Below are positions 17,039-27,219 of a stretch of 64,000 nt of DNA, piece after piece. The notes below the pieces were generated by a model, which was given only the letters and a program-made list of their open reading frames with translations, made no database searches and was not told the origin of the DNA. Numbering within the stretch: the first letter of the stretch is position 1; each line of letters opens with the position of its first letter. Source of the stretch: Spirochaetia bacterium (GTDB taxonomy: Bacteria; Spirochaetota; Spirochaetia; CAKZLE01); NCBI GenBank assembly GCA_963677595.1, contig OY782041.1, positions 2,208,001-2,272,000 of the forward strand, in the 5' to 3' direction. A program made the translations under genes and the position numbers.

Positions 17039-19546
17039 TCATGAATTCAACACCTCAACCAGCCCAGTTTCTCCATCAACACGGGCTCTTTGGCCATCTT
17101 TAAGAATCGAAGTTGCTGAGGGTATTCCTACCACAGCAGGAATGCCGTACTCCCGGGCTACAATTCCTCCATGACTAACAGGTCCCCCATACTCCATTAT
17201 CAGGGCACCCGCTATGGCGAACAGTGGTGTCCATGCTGGATTTGTGCTCTCAGTCACCATGATTTCGCCTTTTTTAAGCTGGGCACTCTTTGGATCAAAT
17301 ACAATCTTTATAACACCTTCGTAAGAACCTGGGGATAATGGCATGCCCTGTACATGATCTGCATCGGGGTCAATCACTGTAGAGTTGTAATAGGCGGCAC
17401 CATTGTTCAGTACTATCCTCGGGATTGCTGTCCTTTTCATCTCCTTCTCATATTGTTGTCTATTCCTGATGACCAGTGACTTGAGATCCTGATCAGTCAA
17501 GATATCCTTCATGTAAAGAAAGAAGATGTCATCTCTTTGCTGCAGTCTTCCCTCTTTTTCCAATCGCTCCCCAATTACCAGCAGGGCTTTCCTTGCCAGA
17601 AACATGAATTTCACAACACATGATTTTGGGTATTCCCGCATGGCAAGAGCGAACCTGTAATTGACCATCAGGTTCTTCAATCTGGCAGCAGCTCGTTCGC
17701 CCTTTTTCTCTCTCAGGTGCATATAGACATCTTCGATCAGGGTTTCAGCTTTCTCTCGTTTATCAGCATGGTCATTAAGATTCCTCTGATACATCTTCCC
17801 GTTCACGAATGATTTCGTTAACTCGAGAAGATAGCTAGGATCTTCTCGCCATCGGGGTGTTCCAATATCCAATTCTATGTTGCCCCTGTGACCAAAGTCT
17901 TCAAGGATCTTACGGAACTCAGGGTCATGTATGTCTGGTTGCTTTCCCAAGATATCGAGATGTTCTGCATACTCATTCAAGCGGAGCATCAATGATTGCG
18001 TGACACAATCCTCGAGCGAATGCACAAGTATCTCTGCATCGTAGGTATCAGCAAAATATTTTTTTAGAGCTTTTTCGATCTTTTGCCGGTTATTCACAGC
18101 GAGTGGGTACATCGCCTGTTCCTGAGTCAGGATGAATGCGTTTTCCAATACCGTAACAGCGAAGGCGAGACGCTCTTCATCGCTCTGTAGTGAATAATAC
18201 ATCGATATCTGCTTTTCATAGGCAGTATCACTGAGTTGCCGCAAGGCGTCATACCGTTTATCGTAGGGGATCTTATTGATCGAACGCGACTTACCGGCTA
18301 AGGATAATGAATACTTCACAATACCAAAGGGAAATCTGAAATGGATTCCCTGATGCCGAAAAGTTCTTCCGTATTCATCAATGACCTTGTACATCACACC
18401 CTTCATCGGTAGATCGTTGTTGGAAAAGACATTGGCAAACTGTTTGGAAATCATCTTACTGGCCATAAGGTATGTGATGTCCATATAGATTCGAGAACCA
18501 GCGTGTTTTACAAAACTGTTGGTCAGAGGTTTCTTTTTTCGGGCTGTCATTATATTAACGGTTATCGGGTAAAGATTGCTCAGGATATCAAAGCCCAGGG
18601 GGGTGAAGGGTTCCTTCATGCCCAGAAGGATCGTGCTGGAGCAGAGATACGCTCTCAGCTTGCTGTCCTGGATCAGTTCTTCAATAGGAAACAGGGTTGT
18701 GATATCCCGGGTCTGGAGGATTTTAAGCTCACCACTTTGGGTAAAGGCAAACTCCATATCCTGAGGTGAACCAAATTCCTGTTCAGCCATTCTCCCTGTT
18801 TGTAAGAGCTTGCTAAGCATCTCATCTGACAGCACAGGGGTATTAATGCACTGACTATCTACAACCGAACCAGTTTCCTTGTTGATCACTATCTGATTCG
18901 GCTGGACTTCACCGCTGACGATTGCATCACCGAGACCAGGTGCAGCATTGATAAGCATTTCGTTGCGTATTCCACTGAGGGGATTGGCAGTGAATAGGAT
19001 TCCGGCTGACGATGCATTCACCATAGTCTGTACGATGATCGCCTGAGCATCCTCTCCTGTAACAGTATTTCTCAGCCGGTATTCCATGGCCCGTTCATTC
19101 CACAGTGACTGCCAGCAGAGCATGATTTTCTCAAATAATGCTGCCTCCGTCACATGCAAGTAGGATGAATACTGTCCTGCAAAGCTCATCCCTGGCAGGT
19201 CTTCATGAGTAGCGCTGCTTCTTACAGCCACGTTGACTGCATTCAACTGCTTAAACGCCTTTACAATCGCTGATATTACTTCACTATCTACTTTCTCAGT
19301 GACGAAGAAAGCCTGGATCTCTTTTGACTGCTCAGCCACAGTCTTACCGGAATGCTGAATACTGTTGATTCTTTCCCTCAGTCCGTCTCTGTTGAGATAG
19401 GCACCATACATATCTGTTGTTATGACAAATCCTCTGGGAACATCGAATCCGTATCGTGTTAGTCGCGCCAAATTGACGGCCTTGCCGCCAACGAACTGGA
19501 TATCATCTGGTTCGATTTCATGTAACCACTTAATCATGTCTTCCAT
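17039..19546 (-). CDS. PEP-utilising enzyme with ATP-grasp, central and C-terminal His-swivel domains (rifampin phosphotransferase-like architecture)
   Basis: VGGKAVNL, VAVRSSATHEDLPGMSFAGQ, PQDMEF, LQTRDIT, TNPAWTPLF, SHGGIVAREYGIPAV at the extreme C-terminus; no pyruvate-binding TIM barrel. Confidence 0.85.
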   Translation of the reverse strand: MEDMIKWLHEIEPDDIQFVGGKAVNLARLTRYGFDVPRGFVITTDMYGAYLNRDGLRERINSIQHSGKTVAEQSKEIQAFFVTEKVDSEVISAIVKAFKQLNAVNVAVRSSATHEDLPGMSFAGQYSSYLHVTEAALFEKIMLCWQSLWNERAMEYRLRNTVTGEDAQAIIVQTMVNASSAGILFTANPLSGIRNEMLINAAPGLGDAIVSGEVQPNQIVINKETGSVVDSQCINTPVLSDEMLSKLLQTGRMAEQEFGSPQDMEFAFTQSGELKILQTRDITTLFPIEELIQDSKLRAYLCSSTILLGMKEPFTPLGFDILSNLYPITVNIMTARKKKPLTNSFVKHAGSRIYMDITYLMASKMISKQFANVFSNNDLPMKGVMYKVIDEYGRTFRHQGIHFRFPFGIVKYSLSLAGKSRSINKIPYDKRYDALRQLSDTAYEKQISMYYSLQSDEERLAFAVTVLENAFILTQEQAMYPLAVNNRQKIEKALKKYFADTYDAEILVHSLEDCVTQSLMLRLNEYAEHLDILGKQPDIHDPEFRKILEDFGHRGNIELDIGTPRWREDPSYLLELTKSFVNGKMYQRNLNDHADKREKAETLIEDVYMHLREKKGERAAARLKNLMVNYRFALAMREYPKSCVVKFMFLARKALLVIGERLEKEGRLQQRDDIFFLYMKDILTDQDLKSLVIRNRQQYEKEMKRTAIPRIVLNNGAAYYNSTVIDPDADHVQGMPLSPGSYEGVIKIVFDPKSAQLKKGEIMVTESTNPAWTPLFAIAGALIMEYGGPVSHGGIVAREYGIPAVVGIPSATSILKDGQRARVDGETGLVEVLNS

Positions 19547-20210
19547 CCCTCTCTGCCACAGCTCGCTTCATGCTTGCAAGATATTTCCTACCCATTGCCT
19601 CGAGCGGTATCTCTTTTTCTGGAAGGTTCAGTTGTCTGTTTATCAATTGTTCATTGAAACGCAGGGTCCTCTCGAACAGAACCTCATCAGCTATCCTCCC
19701 ACTGATTATCTTCCTGGATATCCTGTAGAATCTTATGACCTCTCTGCTCCACATACTGGCCAGTTCCTCCGGGAATGCTGTATGGAAGATTCCCTCTTCG
19801 ATTCCCTGTTTGAACAATTCACTGAAAAAGCATGTGGTCGCATCTTCAAACGCTTCTCCCATTTTCTGATACAGATGATGATTGCCTTCGTAACTGAAGG
19901 TATGCTGTATCCGCTCAGAATCTCTGATAGCATTCTTTTTGTGCTCTCCAATCTCGAAATAGGAATCTATGAATTTATCAATAACGTTCTGATCTGTGTC
20001 ATCAAGAATTCTCTGGTATTCCGACTTGGCTTGAGAAATGAAGGCCATGATCAACTCTTCTAAGATCTCATCTTTACAACCAAAGTGATGATAGAAGCCA
20101 CCTTTCGAAACACCTGCTGTCTCTATGATGTCAGCTATCGTTGTATGCTGAAAGCCTTTTGATGCAAACAACTCCTCGGCTGTCTCCACAATCCTTTCTC
20201 GTAGCGTCAT
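19530..20210 (-). CDS. TetR-family transcriptional regulator
   Basis: LFASKGFQHTTIADIIETAGVSKGGFYHHFGCKDE; overlaps the kinase start. Confidence 0.95.
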   Translation of the reverse strand: MTLRERIVETAEELFASKGFQHTTIADIIETAGVSKGGFYHHFGCKDEILEELIMAFISQAKSEYQRILDDTDQNVIDKFIDSYFEIGEHKKNAIRDSERIQHTFSYEGNHHLYQKMGEAFEDATTCFFSELFKQGIEEGIFHTAFPEELASMWSREVIRFYRISRKIISGRIADEVLFERTLRFNEQLINRQLNLPEKEIPLEAMGRKYLASMKRAVAERDGRHD

Positions 20211-20233
20211 TGGCTATTACCTCAATCTATAAA

Positions 20234-20266
20234 CTGAATACAGACCGACCGTCGGTCTGTATTCAG
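20234..20266. promoter_or_regulatory. TetR operator (16-bp perfect inverted repeat)
   Basis: CTGAATACAGACCGAC-C-GTCGGTCTGTATTCAG directly downstream of the tetR -10 box. Confidence 0.85.
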
Positions 20267-20293
20267 AATAGAACTACCTGAGTTGTTTGTCAA
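20265..20293 (-). promoter_or_regulatory. Sigma70 promoter of tetR-kinase operon
   Basis: Minus strand TTGACA-17 bp-TATTCT. Confidence 0.7.
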
Positions 20294-20340
20294 ATCAAAA
20301 GACTAGCTCTGTTGGTTCTTATGATTGACTAAGAACAATC

Positions 20341-20417
20341 CACAAAGAAGATTCTTGTTTGGTACAGGGAGCTTGTATACAGCTGTCCTCCCAGGAGCCC
20401 GGATCCTAACTGAATAT
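20341..20417 (+). repeat. Degenerate direct repeat, copy A
   Basis: Manual alignment to 36560-36644 gives about 66 of 77 identical columns plus two gaps. Confidence 0.8.
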
Positions 20418-20438
20418 CATGGAACATATAGAAAATAT

Positions 20439-20462
20439 CAGACATATTATATAATATGTCTG
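20439..20462. promoter_or_regulatory. 24-bp perfect palindrome CAGACATATTATATAATATGTCTG (probable FadR/GntR operator)
   Basis: Perfect palindrome; second copy 63 bp downstream. Confidence 0.78.
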
Positions 20463-20501
20463 TTTATATCAAACTAGAATGGATAAAACTTGATAAATAA
20501 T

Positions 20502-20525
20502 CAGACATATTATATAATATATCCG
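20502..20525. promoter_or_regulatory. Second operator copy CAGACATATTATATAATATATCCG
   Basis: 22/24 identity to the 20439 site. Confidence 0.75.
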
Positions 20526-20702
20526 TATGTTGTACGATTATACAAGTTGCATGAAGACAAAAAAGAAATAACCATACTCATGAGAAGAGCCATGTACTAT
20601 GATATAGAGAACATAGGCTGAGTATCAAGGTACATGCTGCGTGGTTGATCAATCGATTTGCCGTCTGTGCAAGATATATGCTTTATGAGGGGGAGGAGTA
20701 TC

Positions 20703-20963
20703 ATGAATGTTACAGTCAAGATGGAATATTATGCATGGTACTCTACAAAGACAGGACTAAAGTCGGAAGAGATCAGTGTGAGCCCTGATGTAGAACTGGC
20801 TTATGAATCTATAGTCACATACCTGGAAGAGACGTATGGGATCACTACCCCCTTCATATTGATGCTGGGTAATACGCATATCATACGTGCATTAAAACAA
20901 AAGACCGTACTGAAAGACGGTGACGTATTCAAACTGGTGCCGACGGTGATATCCGGAGGTTAG
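20703..20963 (+). CDS. moaD: MoaD/ThiS-family sulfur carrier
   Basis: 86 aa, LKDGD...P...ISGG C-terminal Gly-Gly; GGAGGAG RBS; next to the AOR gene. Confidence 0.8.
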   Translation: MNVTVKMEYYAWYSTKTGLKSEEISVSPDVELAYESIVTYLEETYGITTPFILMLGNTHIIRALKQKTVLKDGDVFKLVPTVISGG

Positions 20964-21023
20964 GGCTTTGGGAAATATTGAATTGATAACAGAATGCTAT
21001 TTGAGTGAATAAGGAGAGATGCT

Positions 21024-22910
21024 ATGTTCGGGTATGCAGGAAAAATATTACATGTTGATCTTACGACTGGACAGCTTGAAGTGGAAACCCCAGATGAAAG
21101 CTTCTACAGGATGTATGTGGGAGGAAGCTGTCTAGGCGCCTACTATGTGATGAATGGAATGAAAGGTGGAGTTGATCCGCTCTCCCCTGAGAGTGTCATG
21201 GTCTTTTCCATAGGACCTATTACCGGTGCGAACATGAGTGGTGCCTGCAGGCATGCGATCACTGGGAAATCCCCTATGACAGGCGGCATCATGGCCACCG
21301 AGGCTGGTGGGTACTGGGCACATGAGCTGAGACTCTCAGGGTTCGATGCTATCGTACTGAAGGGTAAAGCGGAGAAGCCTGCCTATCTTTGGATCAATGA
21401 CGGTGAAGTTGAGCTGCGTGACGGGTCCCGGATCTGGGGTAAGACAACCAAGGAAGCCCAGCAGGTAATCAGGGATGAACTTGGAGATCCCAAGATCAGG
21501 GTCGCCCAGATCGGTATTTCCGGTGAGAACCTCTGCAATTATGCGAATGTGGTCAATGAACTGGCGCACTTTAACGGACGCGGCGGGATGGGTGCCGTGA
21601 TGGGTTCGAAGAACCTGCGGGCCATAGCCGTTCGGGGTACACAGAAGCCGGAGTTCTATGACCCAGAAGGCATGAAAGGGTTTATCAGGAGACTCATTTC
21701 CGATATCCGCAACTCCGAGCAGTGGCAGGCATTCAAACAGAACGGAACGCTTGGTGAGATCGAGGCGCAGTCGCTGATCGGCGGGCTTCCCACAAGAAAT
21801 ATGACATCAGGGAATTTCGAGGGAGCTGAAGCCCTCTATACCGAATCATTCAATGAGACGCTCATCAAGCCCGGGACCTGCCATGCCTGTGCATTAAGCT
21901 GCAAACGCCATGTTGACGGCAGTAGAACGACTGAGATCGATCCGGCTTACGGCGGACCAGAGTATGAGACAGTCGGGATGGTCGGTTCCAACCTGGGTAT
22001 CTCAGATAAAGTTGCTGTCTGCAAGCTTAATGAGATATCGGCAAAATATGCCTACGATACCATATCGTTCGGGGCGACAGCAAGTTTCATCATGGAATGC
22101 TATGAGAACGGCATCATCACCAAAGAGGACATAGGCGGACTGGACCTGAGATTCGGCAATGCTGAGGCTTCCATAGAGCTTGCAGAGATGATCGGCAAAG
22201 GTGAAGGGTTCGGTAAGCTGGCAGCGAAGGGATCGGAACTGCTGGCCAAGCATTTTGGCAGGGGGAGTGAGAAGTATCTCCTGACGGTAAAAGGGAAGGA
22301 GTTCCCTGCACATATGCCGCAGGCAAAAGGGTCCCTTGCAATATCATATGCAGTCATCCCGTATGGTGCCGATCACTGTGCGGTTGAGATGGATACCAGT
22401 ATTACCGTTGCCCCGATACCTCCCAGGTTGGCTGCTGTCGGTGTTGACCGGCCGGAAGATCCTGCAGCATTGAATATCGAGAAATCCAAGCTCAAATGGA
22501 GAACCCAGCAGGCATACAGCCTGGATGATACTGCCTGTGTCTGTATGGTGATCTTCGGGTTCGGCCCGGTGAAGGGCCATGAAGACTTGGTAGAGGCCAT
22601 AAACTATGCAACCGGATGGCAGACCTCCCTCGTGGAGATGCTGATGGCTGGAGAACGCAGGGTCCAGATGATGCGTGCGTTCAATGTCAGGGAAGGGTTT
22701 ACAAATGAGGATGATGTGCTCCCTGAGAAAATGTACGTACCGCTTGAAGGCGGGGTGCATGATGGGGAAGCCATTGACAGAGGCGCGTTCTACGAAACAA
22801 GGGATTTCTATTATGAACTGGCAGGCTGGACCGGCAAGAACGGTGCCCCATCTACAGCAAAACTGTTGTCCCTGAATTTAGATTGGGTCGTTGATTTCCT
22901 GAAGCAGTAA
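21024..22910 (+). CDS. aor: Aldehyde:ferredoxin oxidoreductase (tungstopterin AOR/WOR family)
   Basis: GYAGKILHVDLT, KSPMTG, GRGGMGAVMGSKNLRAI, CHACALSC, GPEYET, DTIS, GADH, FNVREG. Confidence 0.93.
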   Translation: MFGYAGKILHVDLTTGQLEVETPDESFYRMYVGGSCLGAYYVMNGMKGGVDPLSPESVMVFSIGPITGANMSGACRHAITGKSPMTGGIMATEAGGYWAHELRLSGFDAIVLKGKAEKPAYLWINDGEVELRDGSRIWGKTTKEAQQVIRDELGDPKIRVAQIGISGENLCNYANVVNELAHFNGRGGMGAVMGSKNLRAIAVRGTQKPEFYDPEGMKGFIRRLISDIRNSEQWQAFKQNGTLGEIEAQSLIGGLPTRNMTSGNFEGAEALYTESFNETLIKPGTCHACALSCKRHVDGSRTTEIDPAYGGPEYETVGMVGSNLGISDKVAVCKLNEISAKYAYDTISFGATASFIMECYENGIITKEDIGGLDLRFGNAEASIELAEMIGKGEGFGKLAAKGSELLAKHFGRGSEKYLLTVKGKEFPAHMPQAKGSLAISYAVIPYGADHCAVEMDTSITVAPIPPRLAAVGVDRPEDPAALNIEKSKLKWRTQQAYSLDDTACVCMVIFGFGPVKGHEDLVEAINYATGWQTSLVEMLMAGERRVQMMRAFNVREGFTNEDDVLPEKMYVPLEGGVHDGEAIDRGAFYETRDFYYELAGWTGKNGAPSTAKLLSLNLDWVVDFLKQ

Positions 22911-23057
22911 GATGTCAGGTAGATAAACAGGAAATCAGCGCAATAGACATTATGAGTAGATCCTCTAGATGGGTACAGCTATCTAGGGGATTTTCCTCTA
23001 TTCAGGGGCGCTGAAAAGGACATTATCCTTGTTTGGGCAAGAACCTTGAGGTAGGTC

Positions 23058-24242
23058 ATGGACAGATTCATCCTTGTTTCCATATATGGAGCATTCCTGC
23101 TCTTCGGACTTCCGTATACACTGCTTGGTGCAGGATGGCCTGTCATCCAGGCTGAGCTTGGTATCCCCTTGGGGTATGTCGGCATCATACAGATGCTGAT
23201 CTCAGCAGGCCCAGTAGTCTCAAGCATGTTCTCAAGCATGTTCCTGGAGCGCTATGGGATCCGCAGGCTGCTGGTCATAGGATTCGGGGTCATTGCAGTG
23301 ACGCTTCTTGGGTTCTCAGCCGCAGCGTCTCTTCTCTGGCTGATCCTTGCAGCTATACCGTTCGGCATTGGCTATGGGTTCATCAATACAGGGATCAACA
23401 GTTATGTTGCTCACCATTATAAATCACAGCACATGAGCTGGCTTCATGCGTTATTTGGGATAGGAGCCCTGGGAGGCCCATTACTGCTCTCAGTCCTGCT
23501 CCTTCATGGGCATTCCTGGCGACTGAGTTATCAAGGTGTCGTCATCCTGCAGCTTATGGCGATCATCATACTCATCGTCTCAAAACCCATATGGGATCGT
23601 GCAGAGAAGGATGACATGGACATGGACTCTGATGTGGGACAGAAGCCGGTCCGTCTCCATAAGGTATTCAGGATCCCCGGGGTCCGTCCTGCGCTCCTGG
23701 TCTTTTTCTTCTACGGAGGTACGGAGGCAAGTGTCGGGTTATGGGGTGCATCCTACCTGTTCAAGACCAAAGGGATGACAGCAGCCGCCGCAGCTGTTTG
23801 GGTATCCGTGTTCTTTGCCAGTGTGACAGCAGGCCGGATCATCGTAGGGTTCTTATCAGGCAGGCTGACAAATAATGCCAAGATCCTGCTGGGGGCGATC
23901 ATTGTATTCTCAGGCCTGCTGCTTATGATACTCCCCCTGCCGATACCGGCAGTTCTCGCAGGAATCATCCTGATAGGACTGGGGTATGCACCGATTATCC
24001 CCTCAATGCTGCATGAGACCCCTGTCCGGTTCGGGAAGGTCAATTCGCCATCTATCCTGGGTATCCAGATGGTAATGGTAGCAATCGGGGCAACCCTGCT
24101 TCCCTTTCTGTTCGGATTCATAGCAGGCATGAATACCTCTGCCAGACTTTCATTACTGCCTTGGTTCATTCTTCTTTGCCACCTGCTTGTCTGTATGAGT
24201 TTTATACGGCTTACCCTCATCACCAGAAAAGAAGCTGTTTAG
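23058..24242 (+). CDS. MFS transporter (fucose-permease-like)
   Basis: About 12 TM segments, GLP..LLGAGWP, MSWLHALFGIGA, ETPVRFG. Confidence 0.9.
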   Translation: MDRFILVSIYGAFLLFGLPYTLLGAGWPVIQAELGIPLGYVGIIQMLISAGPVVSSMFSSMFLERYGIRRLLVIGFGVIAVTLLGFSAAASLLWLILAAIPFGIGYGFINTGINSYVAHHYKSQHMSWLHALFGIGALGGPLLLSVLLLHGHSWRLSYQGVVILQLMAIIILIVSKPIWDRAEKDDMDMDSDVGQKPVRLHKVFRIPGVRPALLVFFFYGGTEASVGLWGASYLFKTKGMTAAAAAVWVSVFFASVTAGRIIVGFLSGRLTNNAKILLGAIIVFSGLLLMILPLPIPAVLAGIILIGLGYAPIIPSMLHETPVRFGKVNSPSILGIQMVMVAIGATLLPFLFGFIAGMNTSARLSLLPWFILLCHLLVCMSFIRLTLITRKEAV

Positions 24243-24330
24243 CTCTACTGCCAGTACGGATAAGATATCAAAGAGGTGATGAGAAGAGGTGGGTTGAAAT
24301 GCTGCCGGATAGCAGGGTGTAGCCGGCAGA

Positions 24331-25014
24331 TCAGTCTTCTTCGGACTCCATCAAGGCGCTGACGATCTTGAAACGTGCCTCAACGAACTGCTTGTTCATA
24401 AGCTCCGTTACTGCAGGAAGGTCCTGCTTGGCAAATGCGTTGAGGATCTTCTCATGCTGGATCGCTACTTCCATCAGGTTCGTTGGTGGTGGATGGATCT
24501 TGGCCATCTCATACAAGTCCCAGAAAGCTGTCAGAAGCTGTTCCAGCAGAATATTCCCTGTGCTGCCGAACAGAATCCTGTGGAACTCCCGATCCTCATG
24601 TACAAAATCCTCGCTGATCTCGGCCTTAGCTTTCATACTTGTGACTTGCTTGTTCATTTCGAGTATCTGGTCCATATTGGTCCGCTGGATAGCCTGCGGG
24701 AGGGAATTGATCTCAAGGATACTGCGGATCTCCATCAATTCCAACAGCATCCTTGGCTTTGCCTTGAGCATGATCGACCAAGTGTCTATGATCTGGACCC
24801 CGATATTGGGAACGTGGACGAACCGTCCCCTTCCCTGATAGGAACGTATGATACCACTGGATTCAAAGATGCTGAGCGTTTCCCTCAATGATGAGCGACT
24901 GACGTTGAATTCGCTTATCATCTCCTTCTCCGTGGGTAATTTCTCGCCAGAATCCATACGGTCGACTATAAGGTCAATCAGTTTTTCTTCGAGTGTCTTC
25001 TCTTTACTGCTCAT
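24331..25014 (-). CDS. GntR/FadR-family regulator
   Basis: KLPTEKEMISEFNVSRSSLRE, QGRGRFV; FCD domain DREFH...GN..L, H..I. Confidence 0.93.
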   Translation of the reverse strand: MSSKEKTLEEKLIDLIVDRMDSGEKLPTEKEMISEFNVSRSSLRETLSIFESSGIIRSYQGRGRFVHVPNIGVQIIDTWSIMLKAKPRMLLELMEIRSILEINSLPQAIQRTNMDQILEMNKQVTSMKAKAEISEDFVHEDREFHRILFGSTGNILLEQLLTAFWDLYEMAKIHPPPTNLMEVAIQHEKILNAFAKQDLPAVTELMNKQFVEARFKIVSALMESEED

Positions 25015-25329
25015 GACTGTCAAACTCCATATTCTCTGATATTTCCTTATCAATAAACAAGTAGCTGATTATTCACGCAAATATGGACTTGTTTTTGAAA
25101 ACAAATATTATTTATATTGTAAAATTTGTCTGATAAATTATCAAGCATTATTTTCATGATCCAAGGTTTTCAACGATTTTCCTCGAGATACGGTCTCAAG
25201 CCACCGGCCAGAGGGCAATGGGCAGGAACATGTATTGCCTCTCAAACGCTTCCTAGTATATCCATAGGAGATGGATTGTCTTGATCAACACGCAAGGAAT
25301 AACCCATTGTGTGGGTGATACGATCCAAT

Positions 25330-25373
25330 CCTTGCTGCAGCCATATATCATCAAGATGAAGGCTGCAGCAAGG
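25330..25373 (-). terminator. Stem-loop after the aldolase gene
   Basis: CCTTGCTGCAGCC / GGCTGCAGCAAGG perfect 13-bp stem. Confidence 0.6.
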
Positions 25374-25393
25374 AGTCCCACTCACTAGGGGAG

Positions 25394-26245
25394 TTACAGC
25401 CTATTCCCGGACATGCATAATTCAATGGAATTAGCTAATGCCCCTTCCATCGCTCTTGACCCAGTTGCCATGATATCCATCAGCCCCAGGTCGTCCGGCT
25501 TCTCAGCTAGATGTGACTTGATACCATTGATAAAGGCACTTCGCAATGCTGTGCTGAAATTGATCTTGGCGATTCCCATTTTAACAGCCTGCTGGATCTG
25601 GTCTCCGGGGATCCCAGTGCCACCATGCAGTACCAGGGGGATCGATACTTTCTCCGTGATCTCCTCCAGTCTGTTGAAATCGAGCTGGGGAGATTCCCGG
25701 TAGAACCCATGGGCGTTCCCGATAGCGACCGCCAGGCAGTCGATCCCGGTCTCATTCGCAAGGCGCTCGGCAGAACCTGCATCAGCGAGATAGGCATTCT
25801 CGATCTTCTCACCCATCTCTGTTGTCTGGCCGATGGTGCCGATCTCGCCTTCTACTGTTACACCAGCTGCATGGGCAAACTCGACGACCTTCCTGGTGTT
25901 TGCTATGTTCTCTTCCAGAGGCAGGGGAGAGCCGTCATACATGACACTGGTGAAGCCGCCCTGGATACTTCTCATCACATTCTCGATCGATTCGCCGTGG
26001 TCAAGGTGCACTGCCACTTCAAGGTCCATATCGGCACCGACATCCCTGACCATGTCGACCAGCGTCTTTGCCCCGGCATAGTATACTTCAAGGAAGTGTG
26101 CCTGAATGATGACTGGGGACCTTTTTTCGTTTGCCACTTTCAATACACTCTGGATGTTCTCAAGGTTGCAGACGTTGAAAGCCGGGACTGCATAATTGTT
26201 CTTGTATGCTTTTACCAGTAAGTCCTTCATAGGGTATAGAATCAT
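25394..26245 (-). CDS. Class II fructose/tagatose-bisphosphate aldolase family (YdjI/GatY-like)
   Basis: AFNV, HLDHG, SVMYDGS, EGEIG, AVAIGNAHG, LVLHGGTG, KINF. Confidence 0.92.
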   Translation of the reverse strand: MILYPMKDLLVKAYKNNYAVPAFNVCNLENIQSVLKVANEKRSPVIIQAHFLEVYYAGAKTLVDMVRDVGADMDLEVAVHLDHGESIENVMRSIQGGFTSVMYDGSPLPLEENIANTRKVVEFAHAAGVTVEGEIGTIGQTTEMGEKIENAYLADAGSAERLANETGIDCLAVAIGNAHGFYRESPQLDFNRLEEITEKVSIPLVLHGGTGIPGDQIQQAVKMGIAKINFSTALRSAFINGIKSHLAEKPDDLGLMDIMATGSRAMEGALANSIELCMSGNRL

Positions 26246-26270
26246 GTTATTTCCACCTTTATATAGTTAG

Positions 26271-27140
26271 TTAAAGTAAATCCATCACCCCTTCCAAGTC
26301 TGCCAATGCTTCTTTGGAAAGAGGCTGAAATGGCTTCCTACATGTCCCGCACGGCACACCAAGCATCTCAAGGGCTGCTTTCACACCTTTGAAGACACCG
26401 ATCTTCACCAGGACCTGGATGATCTGATTCGCCTCTGATTGAAGCTTGAGCGCTGAATCCAACTCACCAGCCTGGAAGTGTTTCTGTATGCGTATGAATT
26501 TTTCTGCCATGAAATTGAATGTGCTGCCGATAGCAGCTTCAGCACCAATGGAGAGTGCACTGAGGTATATCTCATCATGCCCGATGAACAGTGACTTCTC
26601 AGGGAACTTCCCGATGATCTGCTGGAGCTGGAACAGGTCGTACGAGGTGTGCTTCATCCCGATGATGCGTTCTTCTGAGAGGAACTTCTCAATATCCTGG
26701 TCTGAGAAGGATATCCCTGACATAGCCGGTACGTTATAAACGATCATAGGGACCGAGACCTCGTTCGCGATGTCCAGGTAGTACCGATAGTACTCATCGA
26801 TAGTGAATTTGAAGTAAAAGGGCGGTACTGAAGAGATGGCATCTACCTTGAGTGCATCTGCATGTTTAGCCAGTGCTATCCCATCCCTTGTAGAGAAGGA
26901 ACCGATATTGACGATGACATCCGCTTCGTTATTGACCGTTTCGACTACCATCTCCAGTATGGCCTTTCTTTCCTCCAGCGAGAGGAGATACGATTCTCCC
27001 GTACTCCCTCCGACATAGAACCCGGATACTCCTTTATCCATATTCCACGTAATCAGCTTCTTGAGTGCTGTTCTATCAAAGTCTCCCTCTTTATTGAAGG
27101 GAGTGACGAGAGCCGGGAATATCCCTTTGAATGATCTCAT
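26271..27140 (-). CDS. nanA: N-acetylneuraminate lyase-like (DHDPS family) aldolase
   Basis: PALVTPF, YVGGSTGE, PPFYF, YNVP, GMKHTS (Schiff-base Lys), GHDE, IGSTFN. Confidence 0.75.
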   Translation of the reverse strand: MRSFKGIFPALVTPFNKEGDFDRTALKKLITWNMDKGVSGFYVGGSTGESYLLSLEERKAILEMVVETVNNEADVIVNIGSFSTRDGIALAKHADALKVDAISSVPPFYFKFTIDEYYRYYLDIANEVSVPMIVYNVPAMSGISFSDQDIEKFLSEERIIGMKHTSYDLFQLQQIIGKFPEKSLFIGHDEIYLSALSIGAEAAIGSTFNFMAEKFIRIQKHFQAGELDSALKLQSEANQIIQVLVKIGVFKGVKAALEMLGVPCGTCRKPFQPLSKEALADLEGVMDLL

Positions 27141-27190
27141 AGCAGTTCTCCAGATTCTTTAAAATAATATGTATGATAAATAATATGAAA

Positions 27191-27219
27191 ATATTATTAT
27201 ATATACAACAAATTGTCAA
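27191..27219 (-). promoter_or_regulatory. Sigma70 promoter of the nanA-like/aldolase operon
   Basis: Minus strand TTGACA-17 bp-TAATAT; operator half-site at 27164-27177 just downstream. Confidence 0.65.

Noticed and set aside
17039-19546. Calling this gene ppsA or a confirmed rifampin-resistance rph
   Set aside because: It lacks the C-terminal pyruvate-binding domain of PpsA, and the central domain cannot be matched to Rph without a search
20439-20525. CRISPR-like repeat pair (24-bp repeats, 39-bp spacer)
   Set aside because: Only two copies, AT-rich, overlapping a promoter region, with related half-sites at other promoters and no cas genes; an operator explains it better
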